Position numbers and translations under genes: made by a program. A model generated the notes under the pieces. The model was not told where the DNA came from, searched no databases, and saw nothing but the letters and a program-made list of their open reading frames with translations. This document shows positions 49,738 through 63,139 of a DNA stretch of 64,000 nucleotides, in pieces; the stretch's first letter is position 1; each line of letters begins with the position of its first letter. Origin of the DNA: Octopus sinensis (lineage: Eukaryota); the NCBI RefSeq assembly GCF_006345805.1, contig NC_042998.1:1488001-1552000 (forward strand). Direction: 5' to 3'.

Positions 49738-49817
49738 TAGGTAGGTATGTATGAATTAGATGTCACAGAAACTACAGAAAAAAACATTAAAAATTTACTA
49801 AGGCATCTAAAGTTTCA

Positions 49818-49894
<77 letters not shown>

Positions 49895-50149
49895 AGCACA
49901 CACACACTTGTTGCATTCTATCGAATAGGTCCAAATCCAAACTTCGTATGAGAAGGATTATAAATCGATTGTTAGTATTTCAGTACCGGTTCTTATTTTA
50001 TCGACAGCCGAAGCAATCAAAGACGAAGTTACGGTGCAGAGATTTGAACTCAAAACATAGCGACACAAAACTAAACTCGTTAAAACACATTGATCAGCAT
50101 TACATTGTTTGCAACAACTCGACCCACGCTCTTCATTGAAATAAAATAT

Positions 50150-50360
50150 TGATTTTGCACAAGATCAGCAACTTTGGGGAAGGAAACAAGTCGCTTACAT
50201 CGACCCCCAGTGTACAACTGGTATTTGTTTTATGGACCCCGCAAAGACGAAAGGCAAAGTTGACCTCCGCGGAATTCGCATTTCGTATTTCTGTACGACT
50301 CAGAACGTACTGACAAACGAAATGTTCATAGGCATTTTATCTGACGTGCTCTGACAGCTC
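50150..50360 (-). mobile_element. SINE family B copy (a further degenerate copy at ~51805-51945 +)
   Basis: Reverse-complement consensus match. Confidence 0.75.
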
Positions 50361-50572
50361 ACCGTCCTGCATTGATATAAAATATTGCTTTGTTTTCGCC
50401 GGGCAAAATACCAATAATTTATGATAAAAAAGAACAATCTGTAGAATCACCATCAGTGTATAACTTGTACTTTATTTAATGACCCTGAAGTAATCAAAAT
50501 ACAAAATCGATTCCAGCTGTGTTGTAAATCACGTATTCAGACAATGATTTTACATATTTTTATACTTAACAG

Positions 50573-50677
50573 TATCCAGCCAAGCAAATTTCCTCGGGGC
50601 TTTCACAAACGAACTCAAAAACCGTATTTTCAGCATACAAATCGAATTTTTCAGACCAAAATTTACAATCAAAAGAG
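50573..50677 (+). CDS. Candidate 105-nt exon, open in all three frames; product unknown
   Basis: Acceptor tttttatacttaacag and donor GAG|GTAGGT; no homology recognised. Confidence 0.25.
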
Positions 50678-53555
50678 GTAGGTTTACTTATATACTCCAA
50701 TACGGCTTTTTGAGGACAAAAGTTCCATGTGAAATGCGACAGAATCTGGAAAGATAGTGACGATGTTTTAATGTCATTTCTTCTATACACTATACACTAC
50801 GTCGGCATGTGTGCCGGAAAATGTTGTAGTGCTCTTATTACTGGGACAAAAACTACAGTCCAAAAACTAGCCCTCTGTTCAGAACCAAAACATATTTCAT
50901 TCCTGAATAGCTGTTGACTGTCTACAAAACTTAAGTGAGTCATTCGATGAAGTACTCTTCTCACATCTGAAACTACGCAACTGTTGCACACGAAACATAC
51001 TAAACCCATCCAAAGGATTTATTCATAAACACCAACTTCTCATCCACTCAGGCACGACTTCCACAATCTATTTCTGTTCTTCTGAGCTAAGTAATTCCAT
51101 TCCACAGCCACCAAGACTACCCAACGCATCTGCCTCTCCCCACTTGTCACCCATTCTGTGTTACCAATCACTATGGATAATCTTCCCGTTTTAAAATGTA
51201 TCTCTGAACTCTCTAGAATTTCCATTCTCATTTACATGTTTCCTGTAGACTTGCAGCGGTTCAACCTTAACATTAAACGCATCAATCTGACAATCTGACA
51301 ATCTGGGAGTTAGCCACCATGAGTTTCAGGCTGATACGTTTGAGGATAAGTTCATTTCTTCTGACTTAAACAATCAAAAGTTCCCTGAAGATAAAATTCG
51401 GCAACTAGCGAAAGGAATCTAATAACTTGTCTATGTTTATTGTTATAACAATATACATGTCATATGCATTAACCCTCAGTTTGCTGATTCGTTGAATTAG
51501 TTTCCTGTGTAAATTGTAGTCATTTCCGTTAAATTGCTGTTAATAACATTCAAAGCGAAAGTTCTTTTATCCTTCTGCACAAGCCTGAGACTTGCTTCCA
51601 TGAAATTTTATATATAAAGCGAAATTTCAGAATAATATGATATTATTGAAATGGATAATACAATACAGAACCGTCAGAAGTGATATGTCTACTTTGATAA
51701 TTACTTGTTCAAGTTAATATTGACTTTTAGAGCGCCGTAAATACTTAGAAAGGTGCTGCTAAAATCGATAGAGTTTCTTACAAAACATTTATCACGTTTG
51801 CATTCCGAGTTCAAAACTGGTCAACGACAGTTTCACTTTTCACCCTTCTGGAATCTATTAGATGATTATCAGTTAATTACGGTTATGTTGATTTAATCGA
51901 TTGCCCCCCACCTCCAAAACCGTGGTATTTTATCAGTGTTAGAAATCAATACTTTTTCTGATACTCCTAAACGGTAACAACCTACTGGAGTGACAGAAGT
52001 GGTAGAGAAGAAATCACCAGTTTGTATGTATTTAGATTCATCCCCCAAACTTATAAGTTCAATTTTACCCAGAGTCGGTTTTGATTTCTAGTGTAGGGAA
52101 TCTTTAAACCGAGGTTGATGTAGATCGTATAGACCCATGATGAAAGGCGTTCTTGTCTTGACTGCCATGTAAGATTTTTTGTTTTTATGCATATCTAAGA
52201 TTATATCACTGGATTCTTCTACTTTAAAGACAGCCTGGTGTGGTTTGAGGAAAACTTCGATATAATCATTTGCAGGTTGAACGATTTCTTAGAAGCTCCC
52301 CTCTTGACTCGAATATACCGAAGTCGATTTAATCATTTATAACTGTAACTGAGAGGCTTAGTGACGGTTTCCTAGTAGTACTAGCGAAATACCGAGATGC
52401 AACTGACAGGCCAGTCTTCACACAGGAGAAAGAATACAGCAGAATGGTTTTCCACAACACGACTCGTACTCAACACTGCAAGCTATCGAAACATACATCA
52501 GTTTTATAGTAATGACACTGCCGACAGGGCGGCTACAGCAGATCACAAAAACAGTTCCAGCTTAGAAGCCAGATAAATTCATTAACTGACTGTTGAATGT
52601 TTAGACGCAATGGCGGTGACATGATAGGAAACGCCGCCTTTTAAAACTGTTGTTTGGTTCATTATCACCTCATTTATGCATGTCGTTCTCTATGCCGATG
52701 CAGGAAATCTATATCCTTGCTTTGTAAGCCTACACGAACATATTATCTATCTCTAACACTTTATGATACGTGGGCGAACGTAAGAAGCCAGTCTACAGCC
52801 TGTGTGGTAGTATTCTGAAGGTTCTCCTATTGACTACTTCCTGATAACTATAAACTATAAACGCAGTTGTCTGATCGCTAGTATTATACAACTTTGACCT
52901 GACCAGACGGATGGGGCAGTTGTTTTAAAAATAGTCATAATATGATAGTTAGATAACGCACACGTTCAATATATCGTATTGATTCTATTCATCCCAGGCA
53001 GCAGGCAGCTATCTCTTTCCCACCTTCTCTCTCTCCTCTTCTCTCTCGTTTTCCTTTCCTTTTACCGAATTGCAAATCATTTGATGGAATGTGCTAATAT
53101 TTTCTGTAAAGAATAGATCTAGACTCAATCGTTATCAGGTAAAGGCAGAGACAGCCTGCAGCTACGAAAATCCCTAGGGTGCCGACCTGATGTCCACTAG
53201 GCTTGGCATACCAGCGGTTTCTATTCCGTTAAAAGCGGAATGACAATCAATTTTTATTAGCCTAATTAATCAAGAGGTAAAATATATACAATGCTTAATT
53301 GCAAGTCATTGTTGGAAGAGACATTGTATATAATTACATATTTTGTCGACTTCAGAGACAGGATTATGCCAAATAACCCCCACAACCTCAGAATTTTACT
53401 GTCATAGGGAAAATTAGGGTCCAGTTTTTGTTTTACTCTTTGCTTTTTTTTCTTTTTTTTTGTTATCTTTACTGTCTTTTTAAAGCATATTTTCAAAAGT
53501 AATCGTGCAAAGGCTAACTTTCGGTGCATGAATCACGGCAAGATTAAACTTATAG

Positions 53556-53790
53556 GCGGTAAAGTGGCAGAGACGTTAGAACGCCGGGCGAAATGCGTAG
53601 CCATATTTCGTCTGCCGTTACGTTCTGAGTTCAAATTCCGCCGAGGTCGACTTTGCCTTTCATCCTTTCGGGTCGATAAACTAAGTACCAGTTACGCACT
53701 GGAGTCGATGTAATCGACTTAACCCGTTTGTCTGTCCTTGTTTGTCCCCTTTGTGTTTAGTCTCCTGTGGGTAGTAAAGAAAGATATAGG
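53556..53790 (+). mobile_element. SINE family B variant with an alternative tail (ccgtttgtct.tccttgtttgtcc...gtagtaaagaaa)
   Basis: The same variant occurs inverted at ~54630-54870. Confidence 0.8.
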
Positions 53791-54194
53791 TAAGATACAA
53801 CACACGATCAGATAGAACTGATGAAAAGAAAAATTGTAGTATTTTTTTTCCTAACGAAATTTAAAATCAAATATTGAAAACACCATACTAGATACTTTCT
53901 TCACAACATATATCGATTTGTTATAGCACCTGTTTTACTATTGAAGCAGAAAAAGCTAAACGTCTAAGTTCAATATACATTTTTTCCTTGTGACATGATC
54001 GGAAACTATGTGGAAAAACATCGGAAAATCTCTCTCTATTCTTGGATGATGGGTTTAATCTGTTTCCCATCCACTCTATTGTAAGGATAGAGATGAAGAC
54101 ATCGGACTAAGAATAACTTCTTCCAGCTGTCACAGAAGCCCTGGAAAATGTCATGGGTACAATGCTGCACTTCCCAACTAACTACGCAATGTGT

Positions 54195-54275
54195 GTGTCT
54201 GTATACGTATACAGTGTGTCTGTATAGGTATACATTGTGTCTGTATAGGTATACATTGTGTCTGTATAGGTATGC
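54195..54275. repeat. 21-bp minisatellite (gtgtctgtataggtatacatt) x~4
   Basis: Visible; gives YLYRHNV repeats in ORF 54036..54281. Confidence 0.85.
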
Positions 54276-54309
54276 ACACATACATATTTTTCTAAGTTTG
54301 ACACAAGAC

Positions 54310-54870
54310 CAGCGAATTGGAGGGGAAGGGAACTCAATTACCTCGACCCCACCAGGTTCTTATTTTATCGACCCGCAAAGGGTGAAAAACAAAGTCGCCC
54401 TCGGCGGGATTTGAATTCAGAACGTGATGAATCGAAAGAAATGTAGCTGAGAATTTTGTGTAGTTATAATTCTTTTCTACTCTAGGCACAAGGCCCGAGA
54501 TTTTGCGGGAGGGGGCCAGTCGATTACATCGACCCCAGTGCACAACTGTTACTTAATTTATCGATCCTGAAAGGATGAAAGGCAAAGTCGACCTCGGTGG
54601 AATTTGAACTCAGAACGTAGCGGCAGACGAAATACCTATTTCTTTACTACCTACAAGAGGCTAAACACAGAGAGGACAAACAAGGATAGACAAACGGATT
54701 AAGTCGATTTTATCGACCCTAGTGCGTAACTGGTACTTATTTAATCGACCCAGAAAGGATGAAAGGCAAAGTCGACCGCGGCGGAATTTGAACTCAGACG
54801 TAGCGGCAGACGAAATACCTCTCAGCATTTCGCCCGACGTGCTAACGTTTCTGCCAGCTCGCCGCCTTAA
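54310..54870 (-). mobile_element. Cluster of three SINE family B copies
   Basis: Repeated aaaggatgaaaggcaaagtcgacc..gg.ggaatttgaactcaga blocks. Confidence 0.85.
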
Positions 54871-54909
54871 TGTATGTATACACATGCATGTACACATACG
54901 CACACACAC

Positions 54910-55000
<91 letters not shown>

Positions 55001-55974
55001 ATATATATATGTAGGTCCCGGGTTGAGTCGGGGTTAACCACAGTAAATAAGGTACTCAATATAATATATATATAATATATATATATTATATATATATATA
55101 TACTGAATCCATATTAACGAATGCAAAGAAACGAAAGGAAACCTTCATTGATCTCATATGGATATTGTTTAAATTTATTTATTATTTCTAATTCTTGAAT
55201 TAATCGATATTGCACAGAAATGACATGGCTATGAAAATATTTACGTAAAAGTAATTTCAATAATATTCTGATCGTATTATAGCTTAGATTCAGTGTAATA
55301 ATGAATGACTGAGAAACCTATGTTCAAAGACCTTAAGCCGTGACTACCTTGTCTCTTATTTCTTACAGATATGTCTACAACTGCATAATCTAATGTGATC
55401 TTACATTTACAAAAAGGATTGATTATGTCTTCATATACATTCGAATACTATCTCTACAAAGTTATCCAGCAAACCTGTAGAGGCACCATTTTTTCAATTC
55501 GTTTTCATGTAACTTATTTCATTTCCATACACCAGTGTGAAACTATTTTATATACTATTGGACCGGATAGTTCTCATACGTAAAAAAAAGGCAATTTTTT
55601 TTCTAAGAACACAAAAGCATATTATTAAAAATATAAATTTTTGCAAAAAAATTATAATTCTAACTGCTTTTTATTCTCTGGGGTAGCAGAACAGGTTTCC
55701 AGTAGGAATTAATTATGGGTTTGGAATGTCATCAGTTCGTCAGATTTTCCTACTTCTCTTCTCGAAAATAAAATGGTATTTACAATGCCTTATATCCTTA
55801 TCCCTGTCGAGATAGCTTTGCTCTGCGATTCTACGAAACGTTATGTTGACTGAGTCAAATTGTTATTAAATAATATATGTCATTCCTACCAAATGTATTA
55901 AGTGCCACTTTCTTTCGATTGCCAGCTCACTCGCATGTGTGTGTGTGTGTGTCTGTGCGCGCATGCGTGTATTT

Positions 55975-56353
55975 TTTCTTTTATTCTTTTACTTGTTTCA
56001 GTCATTTGACTACGGCCATGCTGGAGTACCGCCTTTAGTCGAACAAATCACCCCCAGGACTCATTCTTTGTAAGCCTAGTACTTATTCTATCGTTTCTTT
56101 TGCCAAACCGCTAAGTAACGAGGCGTTGACACACCAACATCGGTTGTCAAGCGATGGTGGTGGGACAAACACAGACACACACATAAATATATACATATAT
56201 GCGACGGGCTTCTTTCAGTTTCCGTCTACCAAATCCACTCACAAGGCTTTGGTTGATCCGAGGCTATAGTTGAAGACACTTGCCCAAGGTGCCACGCAGC
56301 GGGACTGAGCCTGGAACCATGTGCTGGGAAAGTAAGCTTCTTACCACACAGCC
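55975..56353 (-). mobile_element. Near full-length SINE family A
   Basis: Tail through head consensus. Confidence 0.9.
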
Positions 56354-57227
56354 AATGTATCTATCATATGTACGTGTGTGTGGGGGGGCGTGTGCATTTG
56401 TGTATGTATGCTGAAAAAAAGAGAAAGACAGAAGAGATATATAATCATCTATATACACCCATGTGCGTTATATGCATACATACACACGTACATACACACG
56501 TACACACACATATACACTCATGTATACACACACATACACTCATCTATACAAAGATATGCACATACATATATAGACAAACATACATATATACACACATGTA
56601 TATGTGTATACGCATGTATATGCATGCATAATGTATATATATCTATACATACATTATACATGCATATACATGCGTATATGAGAAAGACAGAAGAGATATG
56701 TAATAAGCTATATACACCATGTGTGCTATATGCATACATACACACATATGTACACACACATATACACTCATGTATACACACATCTGTACAAAGATATATG
56801 CACATATACATATATATATATACACATGTATATGTTTATACGCATGTATAATGTATGTATATTTCTATGTATATATATATTATGTATATGTATATGTATA
56901 TATATGTGTGTGTGTATTTATGTATGTATATGTATTTATCATATATATATATGTATGTGTGTGTGTGTGTGTGTAGGTGTGTGTTATACCTACATGTGTG
57001 TATTTGTGCATGTATACTTAGAAAATAGAAAGACAGAAGAGATGTAATAAGCTATATATACCCATGTGCTATTTGCATACATACATACATATACACACGT
57101 ACACACACATATACACTCAAGTATATATACATATGCACTCATTTATACAATGATATAGACATATGTATATCCATATATGTATACACAAGCATACATACAT
57201 ATACACATGTATATGTGTATATGCATG

Positions 57228-57259
<32 letters not shown>

Positions 57260-57280
57260 TGTATGTATGTATACATATGT

Positions 57281-57314
<34 letters not shown>

Positions 57315-57346
57315 AATGATACTTACGCATGCATGCACAAACTTAC

Positions 57347-57406
57347 GACGAAGAATCAAGATCAGCAGAGTAACATTAAAATTTCTTCTTCGGTATTTCC
57401 CAAATA
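57347..57406 (-). CDS. Candidate 60-nt exon B (xFGKYRRRNFNVTLLILILRx), copy 1; identical copy at 58945-59004
   Basis: Acceptor ggaatttcag and donor C|GTAAGT; phase-compatible with exon A. Confidence 0.35.
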
Positions 57407-57745
57407 CTGAAATTCCAGACCGCTTTGGTTTCAATTTAGCTTGTTGACCTCATTCCCCCCTTAAAAAAAGCCTAGGAGTTCTCCAGCCAAATGGTTTGAT
57501 GGGTGGAAGCGTTTAGAAAAGAAAGAATTTCTAATTATGAATAATGGAAAGAAAAAAGATTGCTCGGGCTTCGTATTTCATCGTCATATTTTTGTCCTTT
57601 TTTCCCGCAGAGTTCCTCATTCAGGCTCTCTTAACACATCTCTTTCAATTTATATTTTGGTCGTTTCTCAAACGTTTCTCAACCCATTCCAGTCCTTTTT
57701 CTAACCTCGCTTCCAACATTCTATTCAGTTCCACAAGTAACTTAC

Positions 57746-57798
57746 GCATCTTCCCAGTAGATGTCCTTCTCCTCAAATCCATCCGCTTCGTTGCTGAA
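57746..57798 (-). CDS. Candidate exon A (MDLRRRTSTGKM, or FSNEADGFEEKDIYWEDA in the other frame), copy 1; copy 2 at 59344-59396
   Basis: Donor C|GTAAGT; ATG at 57782; weak acceptor aaaattcag. Confidence 0.3.
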
Positions 57799-57905
57799 CT
57801 GAATTTTCGTGCTTCAATTCATATATGTGTATGTGGGCGAACATTTATACAAACACTTATATAGATAAATATGAAATACATATAATCATATGTGTGTGTG
57901 TATCA

Positions 57906-57956
<51 letters not shown>

Positions 57957-58458
57957 ATATATGTATCTATATATATGCATAAATATACGCAATCTATACA
58001 TACGCACATAGTATTTCTTGAGCTCTAAGACTCCTAAGGGCGTTTTTCTGGTTTCCATGGCATATAAATGACCGAGATTACCAGAATCTCTCTCTGAACG
58101 GGACAGTGTTCCGTAGTAGGCTTCAAGGCCAGTAATTTTGAAGGGAGAGGAAAGTCGATGTAATTGACTCCAGTGCATGACTGCTACTTTATTTTATCAA
58201 ATCCGAAAGGGTGGAAAGCAACGTTGGCTTCGGAGGAATTTGAAATCAGTTCGGTACTTTTGTCCAACATACTACCAGCTCACCGCCTTACATACATACG
58301 TACATACAGACATGATCCATGCACACACACACACACACACACACAACACACACACATATATATATATATTATATACATACATATATATATATATACATAC
58401 ATATATATTATATACATACATATATATATATATATACATACATATATATATATATATG

Positions 58459-58491
<33 letters not shown>

Positions 58492-58819
58492 ATTTATGTA
58501 TGTATATGTATTTATCATATATATATATGTATGTTGTGTGTGTGTGTGTGTTGTGTGTGTGTGTGTAGGTGTGTGTTATACCTACATGTGTGTATTTGTG
58601 CATGTATACTTAGAAAATAGAAAGACAGAAGAGATGTAATAAGCTATATATATCCATGTGCTATTTGCATACATACATACATATACACACGTACACACAC
58701 ATATACACTCAAGTATATATACATAGGCACTCATTTATACAATGATATAGACATATGTATATACATATATGTATACACAAGCATACATACATATACACAT
58801 GTATATGTGTATATGCATG

Positions 58820-58851
<32 letters not shown>

Positions 58852-58860
58852 TACATATGT

Positions 58861-58912
<52 letters not shown>

Positions 58913-59890
58913 AATGATACTTACGCATGCATGCACAAACTTACGACGAAGAATCAAGATCAGCAGAGTAACATTAAAATTTCTTCTTCGGTATTTCCCA
59001 AATACTGAAATTCCAGACCGCTTTGGTTTCAATTTAGCTTGTTGACCTCATTCCCCCCTAAAAAAAAGCCTAGGAGTTCTCCAGCCAAATGGTTTGATAG
59101 GTGGAAGCGTTTAGAAAAGAAAGAATTTCTAATTATGAATAATGGAAAGAAAAAAAATTGCTCGGGCTTCGTATTTCATCGTCATATTTTTGTCCTTTTT
59201 TCCCGCAGAGTTCCTCATTCAGGCTCTCTTAACACATCTCTTTCAATTTATATTTTGGTCGTTTCTCAAACGTTTCTCAACCCATTCCAGTCCTTTTTCT
59301 AACCTCGCTTCCAACATTCTATTCAGTTCCACAAGTAACTTACGCATCTTCCCAGTAGATGTCGCTCTCCTCAAATCCATCCGCTTCGTTGCTGAACTGA
59401 ATTTTCGTGCTTCAATTCATATATGTGTATGTGGGCGAACATTTATACAAACACTTATATAGATAAATATGAAATACATATAATCATATGTGTGTGTGTA
59501 TCAATGTGTACATATATATATATATATATATTATGTATCTATATATATGTATAAATATACACAATCTATACATACGCACATAGTATTTCTTGAGCTCTAA
59601 GACTCCTAAGGGCGTTTTTCTGGTTTCCATGGCATATAAATGACCGAGATTACCAGAATCTCTCTCTGAACGGGACAGTGTTCCGTAGTAGGCTTCAAGG
59701 CCAGTAATTTTGAAGGGAGAGGAAAGTCGATGTAATTGACTCCAGTGCATGACTGCTACTTTATTTTATCAAATCCGAAAGGGTGGAAGCAACGTTGGCT
59801 TCGGAGAATTTGAAATCAGTTCGGTACTTTTGTCCAACATACTACCAGCTCACCGCCTTACATACATACGTACATACAGACATGATCCAT

Positions 59891-59949
<59 letters not shown>

Positions 59950-60071
59950 CATACATATATATATATATACATACATATATATATATATACATACATATAT
60001 ATATATATACATACATATATATATATATGTATATATATATGTGTATGTGTATGTGTGTGTGTGTGTGTGGG

Positions 60072-60545
60072 TGGAGGTGCAACTGCCCAGTGGTTAGGGC
60101 AGCGGACTTGCGGTCGGAGGATCGTGGTTTCGATTCCCAGACCGGGCGTTATGAGTGTTTATTGAGCGAAAACACCTAAAAGCTCCACGACGCTCCAGCA
60201 GGGGGGGGTGGCGATCTCTGCTGTACTCTTTCGCCACAACTTTCTCTCACTCTTTCTTCTGTTGGCCTGCTCGCTAAGCCAGCGGGGTGGCGTCATTTGA
60301 AGGCTAAAACACTGCGAAGCACATTGTGATCAGTGACGTGTACCAACATCTGATAGCCTGGCCGGTCACGGCTTGGCACCCACTACACTCACGGAGTGAT
60401 TGGCGTTAGGAAGGGCATCCAGCCGTGGAAACACTGCCAGATCAGACTGGGCCTGATGCAGCCTTCTGGCTTCTCAGACCCCAGTTGAACCGTTCAACCC
60501 ATGCTAGCATAGAAAGCGGACGCTGAATGATGATGATGATGATTA
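60072..60545 (+). mobile_element. SINE family C (60072-60370) followed by a (GAT)n-tailed SINE 3' module (~60385-60545)
   Basis: Match to 12987-13275, then aggaagggcatccagccg...acccatgctagcat.gaaa.cggacg.tgaatgatgatgat. Confidence 0.85.
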
Positions 60546-60550
60546 TTATT

Positions 60551-60718
60551 AAGAAAATGGAGAGATTTAATGGATAAAAAATTATTAACATTGTTAATAA
60601 GGCCTACAATTGTTTCAATTCACACACAATACATAAAATGGAAACAATTGCAAACCTTACTAAAAATGTAAATAAATTTATTTATATCCATATATCCATT
60701 AAATCTCTCCATTTTCTT
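60551..60718. repeat. 168-bp segment bounded by a perfect 26-bp inverted repeat
   Basis: aagaaaatggagagatttaatggata (60551-60576) and tatccattaaatctctccattttctt (60693-60718). Confidence 0.85.
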
Positions 60719-60874
60719 ACTTAATAATATTTGATATTTATAATATACCTATTTTTTTATATTGGAGACATATTTCTCAACAATATAATATATTAAAACA
60801 GTGTAACTTGGATGAAACTATTCCCATAAGAGGTTTATATATCCTCGTACTGACTAAATATATATATATATAAT

Positions 60875-61300
60875 GGGCTTCTTTCCGTTTCCGTCTACCA
60901 CATCCACTCAAAAGGCTTTGGTCAGCCCGAGGCTATAGCAGAAGATGCTTGCCCAAAGTGTCATGCAGTGGAACTGAACTCGGAACCATGTGGTTGGGAA
61001 GCAAACTACCTACCCACATGGTCCCATGTTCAGTCCCACCACGTGGCATCTTGGACAAGTATTTTCTACTATGGCCTGAGGCCTTGTGAGTGGATTTGGC
61101 AGACAGAAACTGAAAGAAGCCCGTCGTGTATATATATATATATATATATATTATATACATATGTGTGTGTTTCAGTGATTTTGTGTGTGCACTTGGAAAG
61201 AGGTGAAGGTTGACAACAGGAAGGGCATCTGGACGTCGAAAATCCGTCACAACAGAGTCTGTTCGACCCATGTAGGCATAGAAAAGTGAAAGTTAAGCTA
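60875..61300. mobile_element. Head-to-head SINE family A heads (minus 60875-61015, plus ~61013-61126); the plus copy continues into an alternative tail (~61190-61300)
   Basis: The orientation switch is visible. The tail resembles 60385-60545 rather than the usual family A tail. Confidence 0.8.
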
Positions 61301-61690
61301 TCATCATCATCATTGTTCGACCGTGGTCGAGACAATGGAATATACCATGCTACGCCAGACTTCACGGTCCATCATGGCATTACGGAGGTCCTGTTGCTGG
61401 ATGCCTGTATCCCTGGAGATTACATCAGGGTAGGAGAGTGTGCACCCTCTGGTATTGCGAGTAGATGGCTTCCAGAGGAGAAGAGTAGAAATTGCCTCGT
61501 TTTCAGCTCTACAACAATGTCCAGCAAACTGGACTCTCCTACCTTTCACAAGAGATGACACAGGTGGTAGTTTCCCATATATTTGCATTTTGGTTGGATG
61601 GTGGTTCCACGAGAGATTTTGAGCTCTCATAAGGAGGCGAGTGTAGGTTCCATCCAACCGCCTCTCAAGCTTCTTTGATAACGTCCTAAG
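61300..61690 (-). pseudogene. RTE-X-like LINE 3' end with (GAT)n tail
   Basis: ORF 61310..61657: DGTYTRLLMRAQNLSW..H...YGKLPPVS...RRVQFAGHCCR...LLWKP...RG...DTG...LRNAMMDREVWR. Confidence 0.88.
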
Positions 61691-61784
61691 CTATGATTAG
61701 GATAATGATGATGATGATGATGATGATGTGTATGTCTACTCAAACATATATGTGCGAATCTAATCATTGGGAAACTCTTTTTTT

Positions 61785-62178
61785 TGTCTTTCTACTTGTT
61801 TCAGTCATTTAACTGCGGCCATGCTGGAGCACCGCCTTTTACTCGAGCAAATCGAACCCAGGACTTATTCTATCGGTCTCTTTTGCCGAACTGCAAAGTT
61901 ACGGGATCGTAAACACGCCAGCATCGGTTGTCAAGCGATGTTGGGGGGACAAACACACACACACACACAAGCACACACACACATATATATATATACATAC
62001 GACGGGCGTCTTTCAGTTTCCGTCTACCAAACCCACTCACAAGGCTTTGGTCGGCCCGAGGCTATAGTAGAAGACACTTGCCCAAGGTGCCACGCAGTGG
62101 GACTGAACCCGGAACCATGTGGCTGGTAAGCAAGCTACTTACCACACAGCTACTCCTGCGTGGCACCTAGGCGCAGGA
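61785..62178 (-). mobile_element. Near full-length SINE family A
   Basis: Tail through head consensus. Confidence 0.9.
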
Positions 62179-62450
62179 TATAAATGTTTCGTGCATGTAT
62201 TTGTGTGCATGTGTGGGTGTGTTTGTCTATGTGTGTGTTTGTGTCTTTGTATGTGTATACATGCATTTATATGAAAATATTTGTTTGAATACATGCATGT
62301 ATATATACTTTACACACACACACACACATACACACACACACAGGCATGCACACACACACACTAACACACACACACATACACACAAACACACACAAACACA
62401 CACACACATATATATATATATGTATGTATGTATGTGTGAGTGTGTGTGTT

Positions 62451-62481
<31 letters not shown>

Positions 62482-62805
62482 ATTAGTGTGTGTGTGTGTG
62501 TGTGTGTGAATGCATGTATGCTTGTTAAAGTGAATGTGAAAAAACTGTTCAGTTATAATCCAAGTCATTGAAGGTTAAACAGTTATTAACCAACATGAAT
62601 GTCTTGAAATGGAAAACTAATAACTTTTATAACAACAACCAATTCTAGAGAACACTTTCAAATAGCTGCAATATATATATATATAGGTGTGCTGCGTGTG
62701 TATGAGTGTGTGCATGAATGTATATGCATATATACATATGTATGCATCTATATATATACATACACACACACATACATATATATATATTATATATATATAT
62801 ATGTA

Positions 62806-62867
62806 TAGACTTCGGTAGATTTAGATATACATGTACATACATGTATGTATGTATATATGTGTATATA

Positions 62868-62945
<78 letters not shown>

Positions 62946-63024
62946 CTTCGGTAGATTTAGATATACATGTACATACATGTATGTATTCATATATGTGTAT
63001 ATATATATGTATATATATATACAT

Positions 63025-63078
<54 letters not shown>

Positions 63079-63082
63079 AATA

Positions 63083-63124
<42 letters not shown>

Positions 63125-63125
63125 T
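62806..63125. repeat. 138-bp local duplication within microsatellite (gacttcggtagatttagatatacatg at 62806 and 62944)
   Basis: The unique anchor is repeated at a 138-bp offset. Confidence 0.85.
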
Positions 63126-63139
63126 TCCAAGATACATTT

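Larger units (their letters stand above)
56900..60060. repeat. ~1.6 kb tandem segmental duplication (unit 1 ~56900-58480, unit 2 ~58480-60060), each unit with unique sequence and a SINE B
   Basis: Near-identical unique cores offset by 1598 bp (e.g. ORFs 57544..57864 and 59142..59462), with a few substitutions or indels. Confidence 0.93.
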
